Below, one piece after another: positions 27,223-41,999 of a DNA stretch of 45,844 nt (the first letter of the stretch is position 1; every line of letters begins with the position of its first letter). The notes below the pieces were generated by a model. That model did not search any database. It was not told where the DNA came from and was given only the letters and a program-made list of their open reading frames with translations. Position numbers and translations under genes: made by a program. Origin of the DNA: Notodromas monacha (Eukaryota). The DNA lies in NCBI GenBank assembly GCA_905338405.1, contig CAJPEX010000070.1, positions 130,645 through 176,488 of the forward strand. Direction: 5' to 3'.

Positions 27223-27935
27223 ATGGCGGATTCAGAGTTGAAAAGAGCTCTCACGTCATTCGACGATGACTTTGGCAATCATAGAGAGACCTCAAAAAGT
27301 GAGTTAGATTTCTTATACCTCTCCGCTTTAGAGTTCAGGGCACATTTTTTTTTACACAGACCGAGTATCGACATCGTCAGCTGGAAAAGGCACAGTCCGA
27401 GTCCCTCGTCAAGCCCAGAGTTAGTAATACGTGTTCATTTGCGGTCCAGAAATTAAGTATTGAACATTATTATTTTTTTTTTTCTCAGGGAAGGCAATTT
27501 GTTCGTTAGTGGAAGATCTGAGAAAATCTCGAGAAAAAGAAGAGAAAAAGAAAAAACTTGCGCATAAACGTTTGAAAGCTTTGGATCGTGGTATCAGGGT
27601 TTTGAAGCCTGATTTTGTTGCAAAGGTGAGTTCTACCTGTTGAATTATTTGATCTGGAATTAGCGGACTTGAAGAATGTAAAAAAGAGAAAAAAATAGTG
27701 ATCCTACGTTGCCATGGTTCACACAATTTTTTGAGAAGTACTTTTTATTTCATTTTTCAATTGATGAAAAAATGTTGAAAATGTTTCAACTGTTTGACTT
27801 TTTTTTCAGGTCATTTCCACAGAACCACCAACGAAGCAACCATCAATAAAGCCGAAAGAAAGAGGAACCAGCACGTTTACGGACGAAGATTTTGAGAAGT
27901 TTGAGGAAGAATATTTTGTTCCCGGAAAATTTTGA
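27223..27935 (+). CDS. Small (~133 aa) charged K/E-rich protein with acidic N- and C-termini, identity unresolved. Proposed exons: 27223-27298, 27360-27419, 27489-27625, 27810-27935 (stop TGA 27933-27935).
   Basis: Exon 1 starts at ATG 27223 and encodes MADSELKRALTSFDDDFGNHRETSK. It ends at a strong GTGAGT donor (27299). Exon 2 follows the acceptor tttttttttacacAG and ends at donor GTTAGT (27420). Exon 3 follows the acceptor tttttttttttctcAG and encodes KAICSLVEDLRKSREKEEKKKKLAHKRLKALDRGIRVLKPDFVAK, ending at donor GTGAGT. Exon 4 follows the acceptor ttttttttcAG and encodes VISTEPPTKQPSIKPKERGTSTFTDEDFEKFEEEYFVPGKF*. With these strong sites exon 2 reads NRVSTSSAGKGTVRVPRQAQR. An alternative exon-2 frame, TEYRHRQLEKAQSESLVKPR, looks more protein-like but cannot be joined to exon 1 by canonical sites. 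The exon-2 frame is therefore uncertain. Confidence 0.5.
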
Positions 27936-28025
27936 AACGGAAATTAAAATTTTTCCGTTCGCAAATTCTAGATACAGTACTTTCTTCTAGCTTTATCAAA
28001 GATTTCATCTCTTTTCTGTCTTGAA

Positions 28026-29048
28026 ATGCCGCCGATCGTGATCGGGATTGGCGGGTGTTCGTCGAGTGGCAAAACCACGCTTGCGTCTTGGCTAGCCCGT
28101 TGCTATAAAAAGCCTGTCGTGATCTCGTTAGATAAATTCTACCTCATGGAAGATAACCCGAAGTTAGAGAAAGTGATTCCGGAATTGAACATGTTCAACT
28201 ACGATCACATTTCGGCGTTCGACGTTCGTGCTATTGTACGAGCTGTCAAAGACGCTATAAGAAAGGAATCCATCGATCTCGTTGTGGTGGAGGGAATCGT
28301 TGTGTTCGAGATTCCTTCGCTTCAAGACTTTTTTACTCGAAAGTGAGTGAATTTTACTGTATATTTATTCGATATCACGTGTGGCATACAATTTTGTGCT
28401 CTTTTAATGATGCTGTACCCGCAAACCTAGCAGAAATCTTGGCGTTGTTGTATTTTCAGGTATATTCCGTTTATGCATTTTCTTTCTACTCAAAATCACT
28501 AGAAACTATTGATTTAACGTAAAATCTCGAATTGTTTCAAGTTTTCAGTCGTTTTCTATGTGTTTTCTGCTTTTGACATTCTCTTTTAGGTCACCTTCTG
28601 TGGTGTAAAGAGATGTTCAATGACTTAAACGTATAATCAATAATTTGATTGAGTGTATTATTTTGAAATTTTTTTTACACCCTCATTTTTTGTGCGATCG
28701 TATTTCACACCTGTTTCTGTTGATCAGAATCGAAAAAAGTGCATCTTCCATTCTCATGAATACGGGAAAATTCTATGTGAGCTCGTGCTAAGGTAGTACG
28801 ATGTACATTTTTCCAGGTATTTTCTGAAGCTTGATTCTGAGGAATTCAAAAGACGTCGAAAACTTCGGGTTTATCCAGGCGCACCAGACTGCGATAAATA
28901 CGTGGAAAATTTTGTATGGCCTGGTTATCTGCACTTCCTCGATGGAGCCCAGAATCAGGAGAAGATGGTGTTTCTTGATTCGACTTACCTTACTTTGGAA
29001 CAGATGTTCTCGATAATTAAGCGAGATCTGCCACAAGAATCACATTGA
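28026..29048 (+). CDS. NMRK: Nicotinamide riboside kinase (NRK/NMRK family P-loop kinase), complete. Exons 28026-28342 and 28817-29048 (stop TGA 29046-29048). About 183 aa.
   Basis: MPPIVIGIGGCSSSGKTTLASWLARCY... matches the NRK P-loop (human NRK1 GISGVTNSGKTTLA). Exon 2 reads YFLKLDSEEFKRRRKLRVYPGAPDCDKYVENFVWPGYLHF, matching NRK1 YFLTIPYEECKRRRSTRVYQPPDSPGYFDGHVWPMYLKY. The donor AA|GTGAGT (28343) and acceptor tttttccAG (28815-16) are phase-consistent and rebuild a split K codon. The ATG lies only 90 nt downstream of the preceding gene's stop. Confidence 0.8.
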
Positions 29049-29586
29049 GTATTCTGTCGTGTAGCAGAAGACCCTCGATCAATGATTTCCTGCTTTAAAT
29101 TTCAAGCTTTACGTTTTCAAGTTGATTAGATTGACATTCATTTCTCAAATGGAAATCAAATTCGGTTTAGGGCGCGTGATAGATGCGTCCAAAAGTTGCG
29201 TTTTCGGATCCAAAACGGTCTAGTTTCGATTTGAATAGTTTTTTTCAGTGGATCAGGCGTTATGTTGTGAAAATTTCCTATCTCAAAATTCGGAAACCAT
29301 GTTTATCCGTTATCAAGTGCAATTGTGTGTCACTGTGTAACGCGTGGTTGATGAAAGAGGAAAAGATTTGTTAGGCCACGTGCATGTGTTCAATTGTGTC
29401 AAGGTTGCGTCGTTTAAACGATGTGTGGCAGTGAACTTGAAGCGCGTGTAGTTGAAAACGGAAACGCGTGCGAAAGTTTTTGAACTGCGTTAAGCTGCTT
29501 GGAATGTCACTCCTACTCGGCAGGACTCTAGAGTGTGGTTCGACTTGGTTTTGACGAGTATTAATCGTGTTCCGTACGTTTCTGAC

Positions 29587-32952
<3,366 letters not shown>

Positions 32953-33402
32953 TGACGTAGAAAGTTTTAATTTCGAGGAAAACGAGCGATTTGATTTACT
33001 AGAAAAGTTCTCGACATCGTGCGGACGAAGCAAAATGCACGTTTCGTTGATTATGAAGCAACCCCTAATTAATAAATTATGTACACCTAGCAAAAATTAA
33101 TGCCCGGCGTACATGAATGACAGAAAAATCTTCAATCTGCCGAACATCAATTTCAAGTTGCATCGCTTCATTGGAATTAATCAGGTGATGCTGAATGTGA
33201 AGGTTTCTTTCAAATCAATACGCACAAAGTTGCGCAGTAGAGGCTACATACTCCCAGAAACTTGCTGACCATTATTTCTTGGTACTTTTGAACAAGCCAT
33301 TTTTAAAATTATTTTGAATTTTCCACATGAAATGCAGTGTTAGAAAAATGTATGCACATTTTTATCAACTGAACAAAGAAACCTTGTTCACTGAGTTTTC
33401 AG

Positions 33403-33697
33403 TGGTTTTGTCGAACGAAGGCCCTTGTTCGAAGTGATTTCTTTGGGCGGGTGAGTAGTCCTCTTTCGTTTTTAATTAATTCCAAACATTTGATGAATCA
33501 GTATAAACATAGATGAATTCGGATTAAAGTAAAGTTCACATTTGACAAAACGAAGTTTAATCTTACGAAGAACGCGAGATGATTTAATCGGTGATCACGA
33601 GTGTGCGGAATGGAATACATGGAACAAAAGTGAAGAGAAAGCAACAAAAATTCAAGAAAAAGAAAAGAAACGGAAAAGATTGTCAAATGAGAGCTGA
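33403..33697 (+). CDS. PCYT2: Tentative 3' exons of PCYT2. Exon 33403-33450 encodes GFVERRPLFEVISLGG. A terminal exon 33571-33697 encodes TRDDLIGDHECAEWNTWNKSEEKATKIQEKEKKRKRLSNES*.
   Basis: The 33403-33450 exon is flanked by the acceptor ttttcAG and the donor GTGAGT. In one frame it gives ERRPLFEVISLGG, resembling human PCYT2 KRRGIFRQIDSGS. The next exon follows the acceptor cttacgaAG. It gives T-R-D-D-L-I-G..., resembling TTDLIVQRI, then a K/E-rich tail like human NQKKEAKE, and a stop at 33695-97. Phase is consistent between these two exons. The exon that should encode ...VIGAPY...HGKTEI... upstream of them was not found. Confidence 0.3.
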
Positions 33698-34124
33698 AAG
33701 AACTACCTTTTCAGCTCGGGATTTGTACGGAATGAAAATGGACTACGTTAAAAGCGCTACAGCCCCGGAGGTTGAAAGTGGTCTCCAATTGCTGTCCCGA
33801 TCAGGGTTTTTTCTCACACCAGTTGCATTTCTTTCACTACTATTTTCTGCGGTTGCCAAGGAAGGTAATTCGGCTCCCCAAATGCGTCGACTATTGCCGA
33901 ACACAGATTAACTTGGCTACAATCTCCAGCCTGAAATGATAAAGAGTAAAATCTCATTGCAAAAAATACCGTCACAACCGTAGAAAGCCCATAGAGTAGA
34001 TGTTAAAGCAGTCTTGTTGAAACAAACTTCCAATTTCCAGTAGAGCAAATTTTCTAAAGAAATGTTTTAGATTTTCAAGGTAGACGTCTCCTGACAAATG
34101 CAGGCAGTCTGTAACTTATGATTA

Positions 34125-35643
34125 CTAATTCTTGTAGCATGAATGAAAGCTGTGATCAATGATGAAAACTTCCGAGTAGTTCCACACATCATCCTCCCAG
34201 AATAAAAAAAATTATGACGCATCTGAGGGAATGCATGATTGAAACTAAATTTTCTTCAGAAGATCACCCTGCTTTTTCGCTAGAATAAAAAAATTGTAAG
34301 TAGACCAAAGACTAAGAAAAATTGATTATGGGCTAGTCTGGTTATGAATGTAAAAATTCACAATACGAAATTAATAATCATTACCCGATTTTTTTGAAGT
34401 CACCAGAAGTTTATATTAACGAGATTTCACGGTATAATAAAATTAAAGCATATCTGTTTTATTGAAATTGATAAATCTCACCGATTCAGCCTGGTTGTCC
34501 AAAGCTGTCTTCATTGCTTCATAACGAGTCAGAGACGGCTGTAGAACGATGATCTGACATTCTTGAGCAGATGTCAGCTTATCGCTAACGACTAAGTTCA
34601 CAGTGAGGCTCTCAATGTCGAGGAGGTCTTCGCATTCTCGAGTGACGACCTGATGTCATAAAATTTTCTTATCCTCTTGGAACATCTTGATGCAATGCAT
34701 TTTTCACATCCGTCGAGGAAAGACGACATACCTTGCAGGTTGGATCGAAGTAAACGAGGGTTCTAAATTCACATAGCGACCATAGAAAAGCTACTGCTGA
34801 CGCATGGCTGAATTCGTGCGGATTGCACTCGTTGACATTGAGAGGGATGACGGTGAAGTACTTCTTCAATGTCCTCCTGGAATAAATGACCCAAATTGAA
34901 TACTGTATTAAAACCTCATGTGTTTTTCCATTTGGATTTATTAGCGACGAAGATGTTTCGCCTTAATAAAGAAAAGGCTGGATATCGCAGCAAAAACTAC
35001 CCAGAGCAAAATCAAACTATTGTGCGAACCGACGCACTTTAAATCGAGCAAATTCATTCAGCTATTGCATAAAAATAGCCGGGAGTTTTAACTTGAAAAT
35101 CTTATCATAATAAAAATTTAGGACGTAGTCTCATTTAAGAATCTCGTCACTACGAATCGCGTCGTAATGGATTACGTACTTTCCCATCAACAAGGATGTT
35201 AAGTGTTCGAAAGAAGTCAGGAACAAAATCAACGCAAATGAATCGAGTAACCTCGAACGAAATTTAAACTTTACCAATTTGTTTACGCTACTTCATATTG
35301 ACCGTGTAATAAATTCAGCGGACATGACATGAAAGTTATTTACATACACGGTTGTTCCATCAAGTGCCTTGTTCACGAGGATGAATCTCTCGTAACAACA
35401 TCCAATGTCAGCAAAACTCATGCCTTGTCCCAGAGCCGAGGCTGCTTGGCAACAAGTCAGTGCAACGGTCGCAAATCCTTTCTTCCCCGCACAACCGACT
35501 TCAGGCGCTTTTAAAATATTCACGGAATTAAAAAAGTTGTTGGGGTGAAAACCGGAAATGTGTTGAATGTGTATTGATTTTGCTGTTTTCACAACCGCAG
35601 AAAAGCAGGTTTTGGGTAGGGTTAGCTTGAAAAACGTGGGCAT
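34125..35643 (-). CDS. Unidentified Cys-rich protein of ~225 aa on the minus strand. Exons (5' to 3'): 35348-35643, 34732-34876, 34482-34649, 34125-34193 (stop at 34125-34127).
   Basis: Exon 1 starts at an ATG (context aaaagaATGc) and encodes MPTFFKLTLPKTCFSAVVKTAKSIHIQHISGFHPNNFFNSVNILKAPEVGCAGKKGFATVALTCCQAASALGQGMSFADIGCCYERFILVNKALDGTT. It ends with GT|GTATGT, a strong phase-2 donor. Exon 2 follows the acceptor tttattccAG and encodes V RTLKKYFTVIPLNVNECNPHEFSHASAVAFLWSLCEFRTLVYFDPTCK, ending at donor AAG|GTATGT. Exon 3 follows the acceptor ttttatgacatcAG and encodes VVTRECEDLLDIESLTVNLVVSDKLTSAQECQIIVLQPSLTRYEAMKTALDNQAES, ending at donor GTGAGA. Exon 4 follows the acceptor tttttttttattctgggAG and encodes DDVWNYSEVFIIDHSFHSCYKN*. 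All phases agree. There is weak resemblance to the DJ-1/PfpI (KGxxAAICAGPxAL) and Tctex (HTASSCFWDS) families, too weak to call. Confidence 0.45.
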
Positions 35644-37229
35644 TCTTTTGTACGGTTAGTTCGGTCAAAATGCTTTTGGATATTTTAAAACTTGTCGCAT
35701 AGCTCACAGATCTTCCTTCACCTGAAACCTTAAAATCGGTCGTACTATTCGAGAAAAAGATTGCGGCTATTTCTCTCCGACCCTAAATTACTGCTGAAAA
35801 TTTCGTGGCATTTACGCGCATGCTGCAGAATGCATATCTAGCGGGAAAAAGTGTGGTCTATATTGGGGTAATCGCGCCGTAAATCTCACGATTTTCGATG
35901 GGCCAGAAAGTATCCAAAATGCTCTCCCAAACGCCTTTCGAGGGCCTCGGGGGTCTTGGTAAACATTGAGGACAAGGACAAGTTCCCGCGGTCCGAACGA
36001 TCAGAGGCTCTCTGCCATCTTGAGTGTGGACAAAAACTGTGACAGTGCCGTCGTCCTGCGTCGTCGACAAGGCGTAATCGTCGACGCAAGGAGCGAATTC
36101 TGACTCTTTGTCCAAGAGGGTTTTAGTAGACCCCTGACGACTCCCAGTTTGCGACGATCTCCTTGCTTCCTTTGTTGGGGGTTCAGCTGAAGGCTGATGA
36201 AAAAAATAAATAACACAATTGAACCTCGTTTTTTCCCCATCTCGGTTTTTTTGCTGATCCCGTGAAGTTCGACAGTCGAACCTTAAAATTATTGTACCCA
36301 GAAATCCCGAAATAAGCAAAAAATCGGAGATAGGAAAAAAGTATTCTCGAGACGAAAGAATTACAGGCTATTATTTCCCGATTTCCTTTCATTTTAATTC
36401 GAAAATCAAATGATGCAAGTCGATTTTTGAAATGCCAGGAAAAAAGTTAGGTTGGTTTCGGATTGGGATACAATTCGAAGGGTAATAAAGAATTGTAATT
36501 CGTGACTTTCTGGGGCTTGAATTAATTGACGGGATGCTTAACTTGGAGGCAAGGGTTTATTATCTCTAATAGTCATTCACTTCCTTTCAAAATGAAGCAA
36601 GTTATATATTTTTGCTTTTCTCTTTCCCGTGGTAATAGCTTGAAAGCCTCCAAAAAAAAATTCGAGTTGAGGAGATTCGCGGGAAAAGCATTCGAGTTAG
36701 TTAGGTTTTTAACGCATGGTTTCTAAGTGAATTCAGACATATACAAGAAAAAAAATTAAATTTATTCAACAGATGTAAGAGAAGTTATTTGTTTACTGTT
36801 TTCTTTTAAAGAGAGATTATTTCTCAAAAACCTGTGTCGATGAGGTTGAGCCGCGAATGGAAGACCGTCGATCGTTGCCCAGGGCCGTTTGTTGTTTCGC
36901 ACTCAGGGGAGGGCAAATGGGGAAGACTGGGAGTCCACAAGAAGGAAAGGCACCAATTGCCTTCAATTTTTCCAACTCATCCTCATCCTTCTCTATGTAT
37001 TCTGAAACGTGTTCACACTTGACTGGAGGGTCTGGACAGACTCCATCAGGATCCCCTCCATCAGGTTCATCAGGACCCCCTCCAGAAGGTAGATCGTCTT
37101 GTGACGCTGCAGTCTGCTCCTCTTCTCCTCCACCTCCACCACCCTGTGTTGAAAATTTAGGTAGTAGTATACTGTACTGTACTTGGTTTTATTAGGGCAT
37201 GTTTACGAAAAAACAAAAAAATCTTCACG

Positions 37230-38010
37230 CTGTCAAATCGAAAAAAAGAAATTTACCCTTGCGCGCCTTACTTGAGTATTACTTGAGTATTAGTAGTGTT
37301 AGTATTTACTTGAGTACCACGCGCCCTCAAGTAAGGCGCACAAAAGGGTTTTTCAGTTGAAAATTTTGCAAAAATCTTATCCCCGAGTAAGACGCGCACC
37401 CCAATTTTTAGTGAATCTACAACCATACAATTTCAACAAAAAAAATTGACTTTAGGCGTGAATTTAACAAAAATCTGATCAATTTTCAACTTTTTCAATA
37501 CAAAAATGTTTTCTTGTTATATTTGTTCCAAATGTCTCCATTATAATTAAGTATAATGCATACAAAACTTTTAAAACTTTGTGAAAATTTTGTAACTGCT
37601 TATGACGCGCACCCCTTTTTTTCTTCTGAAATTTGGGAAAAAAGGTGCGCGTGGTACTTGAGTAAATATGGTACTTGGGTACCAAGCGCATCAGAGTTTT
37701 TCATTTGAAAATTAGGATAAAATTGTATCCTTATGTTAGACGCGCACCTTCATTTTCAGTGTCTTTAAAACCGATTGATTAAAAAAATAAGGATGCCCCA
37801 ATTTGAATTTAGACGTGGATTGAACCTGAATTCAAATAATAAATTCAATATTTTTTTATTAAAATAATCTGCTTTGTCAAACTTGGTCCAAAATTGGAAT
37901 CAAATGGAATTAAAAATTTAACTCATAAAATTTCTTGTAACATTATTATGGACTAAGATGCGCAACCCCCGTTTAGTCCTCGGAAATTTGAGAAGGGTGC
38001 AGATGGTACT
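37230..38010. repeat. Degenerate tandem array, about 2.2 copies of a ~350-370-bp unit. It carries GC-rich palindromic cores (gacgcgcacc / ggtgcgcg) and the hairpin-forming tacttgagta...ctcaagta.
   Basis: The pairs cttgcgcgccttacttgagta...ctcaagtaaggcgcacaaaagggtttttcagttgaaaatttt...atccccgagtaagacgcgcaccccaattttt and aaaaggtgcgcgtggtacttgagtaaata...accaagcgcatcagagtttttcatttgaaaatt...atccttatgttagacgcgcaccttcatttt recur. A third partial copy lies at ~37950 (gatgcgcaacccccg...ggtgcagatggtacttcagtaaatacc). Inside copy 1 there is also an internal direct repeat, tacttgagtattacttgagtatt. Confidence 0.65.
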
Positions 38011-38295
38011 TCAGTAAATACCTAATTTTTAAACTATTGGCTTGCATGTTAAGAAAGAAGTTTCTTAACACGTTCCTACAGCAACAACAGTGCCATTTCC
38101 ACTTCTTTGAACGGGGTTTTCATTGTAAAAGGGTGTGTAGCCTTAGTTCAAAAAGATTCAGAAATTCAAAATGAGAATTTAATCAAAGTTTGATTTCGAC
38201 TCCTAAAAATTTAGAATACTTTTCATTTTGAGATCTGCTTGGTGCAGAATTTCAAGCTATCAATTAATGCAGTAAGTGACGATCTTAATTGACTG

Positions 38296-38904
38296 TCAAG
38301 TTGAATTTCCGAAGGGTTTTGAAGCAGGGTTAGAAATGAATTTGTCTGTTAAAAAACTCACATCTTGACCCGACTCATCCGCGCCAGGGTCCATGTAAGA
38401 CTGCAACCCATCGCCAGTGGCACTGGAAAGCCCTGTCGGTGGTACACTCGTGTCGAGGGCTTGAGGCATGGCACCACTTCCGCCGTGCACCGTCTTGAAG
38501 GTTCTAGTAGATGTCCCAGCTTCTTCCGCTAAAATCGAACCAGATCCGGCCGGAATTGATCCAGTTCCGCCTCCCGCCGAACCAGTTGGCACAGATTCCA
38601 TGAAATCTATCGAGGTGGTTCCTTTGGATTGTCCAGACGTGGTCGCAGCGGAGGATATGCCTTCTTTTGTCCGAGATGCCACTGCGGAACCACCGCCCAT
38701 GGCCAAATCTGACACGGTTATGGGTTCTTTGGAACCTTTTCCGATGAGTGCAGTTTGTTTCGCGTCCAGGGCAACTTGTGATAGTTCCTTTGAAATCTTT
38801 TTGTCCATTTCACTCTCCTTTTTGGAGGCTGCATTTGGAGCAAACAGCAAATGAAATTCTGAAACTTTTGCATTGATATCGCCTAAATTTGAAATGGTTC
38901 GCAT
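38296..38904 (-). CDS. 202-aa uninterrupted ORF encoding a low-complexity S/G/T/A-rich, probably disordered, protein. Possibly a single-exon gene.
   Basis: ATG-initiated ORF MRTISNLGDINAKVSEFHLLFAPNAASKKESEMDKKISKELSQVALDAKQTALIGKG...GSGSILAEEAG...KPFGNST*. An open frame of 609 nt is unlikely by chance in ~40% GC sequence (roughly one stop per 20 codons expected). The + strand ORF 38468-38854 is its antisense shadow. Confidence 0.35.
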   Translation of the reverse strand: MRTISNLGDINAKVSEFHLLFAPNAASKKESEMDKKISKELSQVALDAKQTALIGKGSKEPITVSDLAMGGGSAVASRTKEGISSAATTSGQSKGTTSIDFMESVPTGSAGGGTGSIPAGSGSILAEEAGTSTRTFKTVHGGSGAMPQALDTSVPPTGLSSATGDGLQSYMDPGADESGQDVSFLTDKFISNPASKPFGNST

Positions 38905-39587
38905 TAATCTGCGATATTACGTGTTCGTTTTTGTTGGACGAGTTAAGTTGAAATTAAAATAATTTCAAGTCAAACGTTCAAATCGAAAATCTGCCTCGGC
39001 TGGTTTTTCTACCTTTCGAGATGTTTTTTAAATTAGTGGGGCCCAGAGATCCAGACGTAATTGATGCTTGGACTTTGTCTTTATGTCGGAACGTCCGTTT
39101 GTCGGATCATTCAGAGATTATTTAAATGGTTTTTCTGACAATGCTCGGAAAAAGTCTTCCAAAAATGTTCCTATGCGACAATTTTATGTAAAATATGAGA
39201 GAATTTTACAAACTTCAAGTTTAAGAAAATAATAGCAAATGAGAAACCACGCATGATTCATATTTTGGCATGAAAAGGAGCCCGAAAAGCGAAGAACAAC
39301 AGCAAGACTTCCTTTACTGTGCTCAGATGTTGGATATAACTCTGTAAAATTTATCACAGAATTATCCTGTTATGGATTATGAATTTTACCGAGTTTATTA
39401 TATTTTTTCCGATATTTTTTGTATTAAAAACTCAGTCTGTCCATGAGATATCAAAAATTTGAAGAATTAAGTTTTAAGGTGGTCCAGAAATTATGTAAAA
39501 TACTGTATTAGTAAAGTTTCCAAATAGAGACATTGTACGGATGTCGGGGCCATAAGTCAACTCGTCCATGTGTATTTGGATATGGAA

Positions 39588-40290
39588 TCAAGAATTCAGG
39601 AAGTTTCTCAAACCTTGCTCAACTGGGTCTTCAGAAATATCAAAATTGGGGCCACCAAACGTCTCTTTTCCGTACCCGCCTGTCCTTTGATCAACGAGAG
39701 AAGACCTCCGATGATTCATGAACACTTCTTGCAATTCTGGCTTTTCTGCACGTGGTGCTTTTCCTATTGGAGCCCGCAAAATTTCCGCGTTTTCAGACCC
39801 CGGCTTTGGATCCGTTCCTTGTTGTCCTTCTTTGCTACTTCCACCAGAGTCTCTGTCGCTAGATACTATTTCCGGGCTCGTTTTCTTTGCGCTAAAAATG
39901 TAAAAAAAAAGTTTCTTCAAGTTTTAGTCTGTTGAAAAAAAAAATGTATGTAGAATTGCAGAAGCTGTACAAAGTAGTTCCGCATGAAACTCGCCTGATG
40001 GAGAAAGATTGTTTGCGAAACTCCAGAGTTTCCGGGCGCATTCCTCGAAGTTTGGCGAGTTTCCTTTTGTAAGAGTCGCTTCTCGACCCGCGCGAAGAAC
40101 TTTCACAGCGTTGCCAAAGTCGCACGGCGGCGACGGACACGGCGCCCGCCAGGACGCCACCCACCACCAGCCGCCATTCTCCCGGGTTTGGACACGTGCT
40201 CGACTGCACTGTGGCGCAGCATGTTTCGCAGATTTCCCGGAAGCTGAGTGGCGGTGTTGGGGGCGCCGGCGGAGAGCAGTTTTGTGCCAT
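39588..40290 (-). CDS. Small predicted single-pass membrane protein of ~199 aa, unknown function. Exon 1 is 39995-40290 and exon 2 is 39588-39891.
   Basis: The ATG at 40290 is preceded 7 nt upstream by an acceptor-like ataatttttttacAG. The N-terminus is Cys-rich (MAQNCSPPAPPTPPLSFREICETCCATVQSSTCPNPGE). A hydrophobic segment WRLVVGGVLAGAVSVAAVRLW is followed by the basic stop-transfer KRKLAKLRG. Exon 1 is GC-rich (a CpG-like island at 40000-40290). The proposed junction is ...FSI|S|AKKTSPEIVSSDRDSGGSSKEGQQGTDPKPGSE..., using the donor AG|GCGAGT (GC donor, 39994) and the acceptor tttttttttacatttttAG (39892-93). It is phase-consistent. An alternative weak donor GTACAG at TT|GTACAG is also phase-consistent. 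Confidence 0.4.
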
Positions 40291-41999
40291 TTCCTTCTGT
40301 AAAAAAATTATGATTTTATATTGAGTAAATGAGCAACCTTACATAGTTCTCACGTGACAAGAATGTTGAGGCTGCTCAGAAACCCGTTGCAACTTACAAC
40401 GAATCGTTTAGAACCTTAGAAGAAGCTAAATTACAAAGAAAATGCGTTAAAGCGAATGACAAATGAACGAGGACCGAAACAAAAATCATTTACAGGATTA
40501 ATTCGTTATACCGTGAGTTTAACTGCTACAATGTAAGAACGAATGTTTGCAATATTTGAGGATTTCATTTTACAGGGAAGAATTGCAGGCAACAAAAATA
40601 TTAAAAACTTGAAATTTGACTCAAGAATTATGCAAAAATGATGCTGCGTATCATTCATCCATTCCTGGAAAATAGTCAAACGATATTCCTTAAAAAACTA
40701 GCCGGCCATTTGCTTTGTACACATCATCTGAATCTAACTCAACACCAAACTAAAAAAATATCCGAAGCTTGCAATGAAAATCAGAGTTTGGGTTGCGAAG
40801 TTAATTTTTAACTTATTTTGCATTAAATTGTCGCATAGGAGAAAGAAAACTAGGGACGGCTTTGACAAAGGCAAGCTCATCATATTTTCTCGATTTCGAT
40901 CTGGTTTAAAAATTGGAATTGGAATATTTAAAAAATTGATTCCGAATTTCTCATATTAAGCTCATCAGAACATATCCTGAAAAAAAATGTGTGAAAAGTT
41001 TTTCTTAATTTCTTTACCTCTTGTTAACCTGCTGCAATTCGAAGTCTCAGGAATTCCTCTCCGTAGGTCAGGAAAAGCCGTCGAAAGTCATCCCGCAAAC
41101 CTTTGTGAAAATTTATTCATTTTATCTTTTACTACGACAGAAGTACGTGCAGTAGAAGAGAAGGATTAATCATAAATTACAGGATCGAAATTCTGATAAA
41201 GTGTGGAGTAATGGGCAAGTAATACGCAATCCTGGGCGATTGTTTCAAATTTAACATGCTAATAGGACAGCACGCGCAAAAAAACTTTTAAAAGGTTTTA
41301 CAACTCTAATTATTATTTTCTAATTTAATTACAAATGCGTCCAAAACTTTACCCATGCTTTCCTTGAAGAGCTATTTTTGTAAACTCACGCAGAAAATGA
41401 TGAAAGAAACACTGGAAAGCGTGGAACCCTCAGTAGATGATCTGCTGTCTGGTGCATTGCCCCAGAGGGCGCTGAATCGCCTCAGAGGCATTCGATTCTG
41501 CACCAGGCTCATCGTCGGAAGCAGTAAATGAGTCCCAAACATAGTTTAGAAACCGCATGAATCGGTTCAACAAACAGGCGACGACTTTGTACAGCCATGC
41601 CCAGAAATCAGGGAACAACAGGTACGTTAAATAAAGGAATAGTGCAGAGAGCAGAAGGGATGTCATCAGCCTGATGATCCTTTCCGTTTCTGGTGCTCTT
41701 GATCTGGAAGTAAAAAAAAACTTCATTCCTAAAATGTTTGCTGTCGCCTGTATCAGTAATCTTGAACTTGTGAATCGAGATTGGAACTGATCATGCGCGA
41801 TTAGAATTCAGGCGACATCTATGTAATGGTTAAGATTTACGTGGGTTAGAATGATGGACGAAACATCTACAGCAGCTAAAAAAAAAACTGAAACGACAGT
41901 ATGAAAACTGATTGCATGAGATATATTAATCCTTGAATCTCCGTATGAATCATAAACGTCCCTATGTCAATTTTTATGAGTCAGTGTCTTTAAAAAATG

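Noticed and set aside
38468-38854. + strand ORF, 128 aa
   Set aside because: It is the antisense shadow of the longer ATG-initiated minus ORF 38296-38904.
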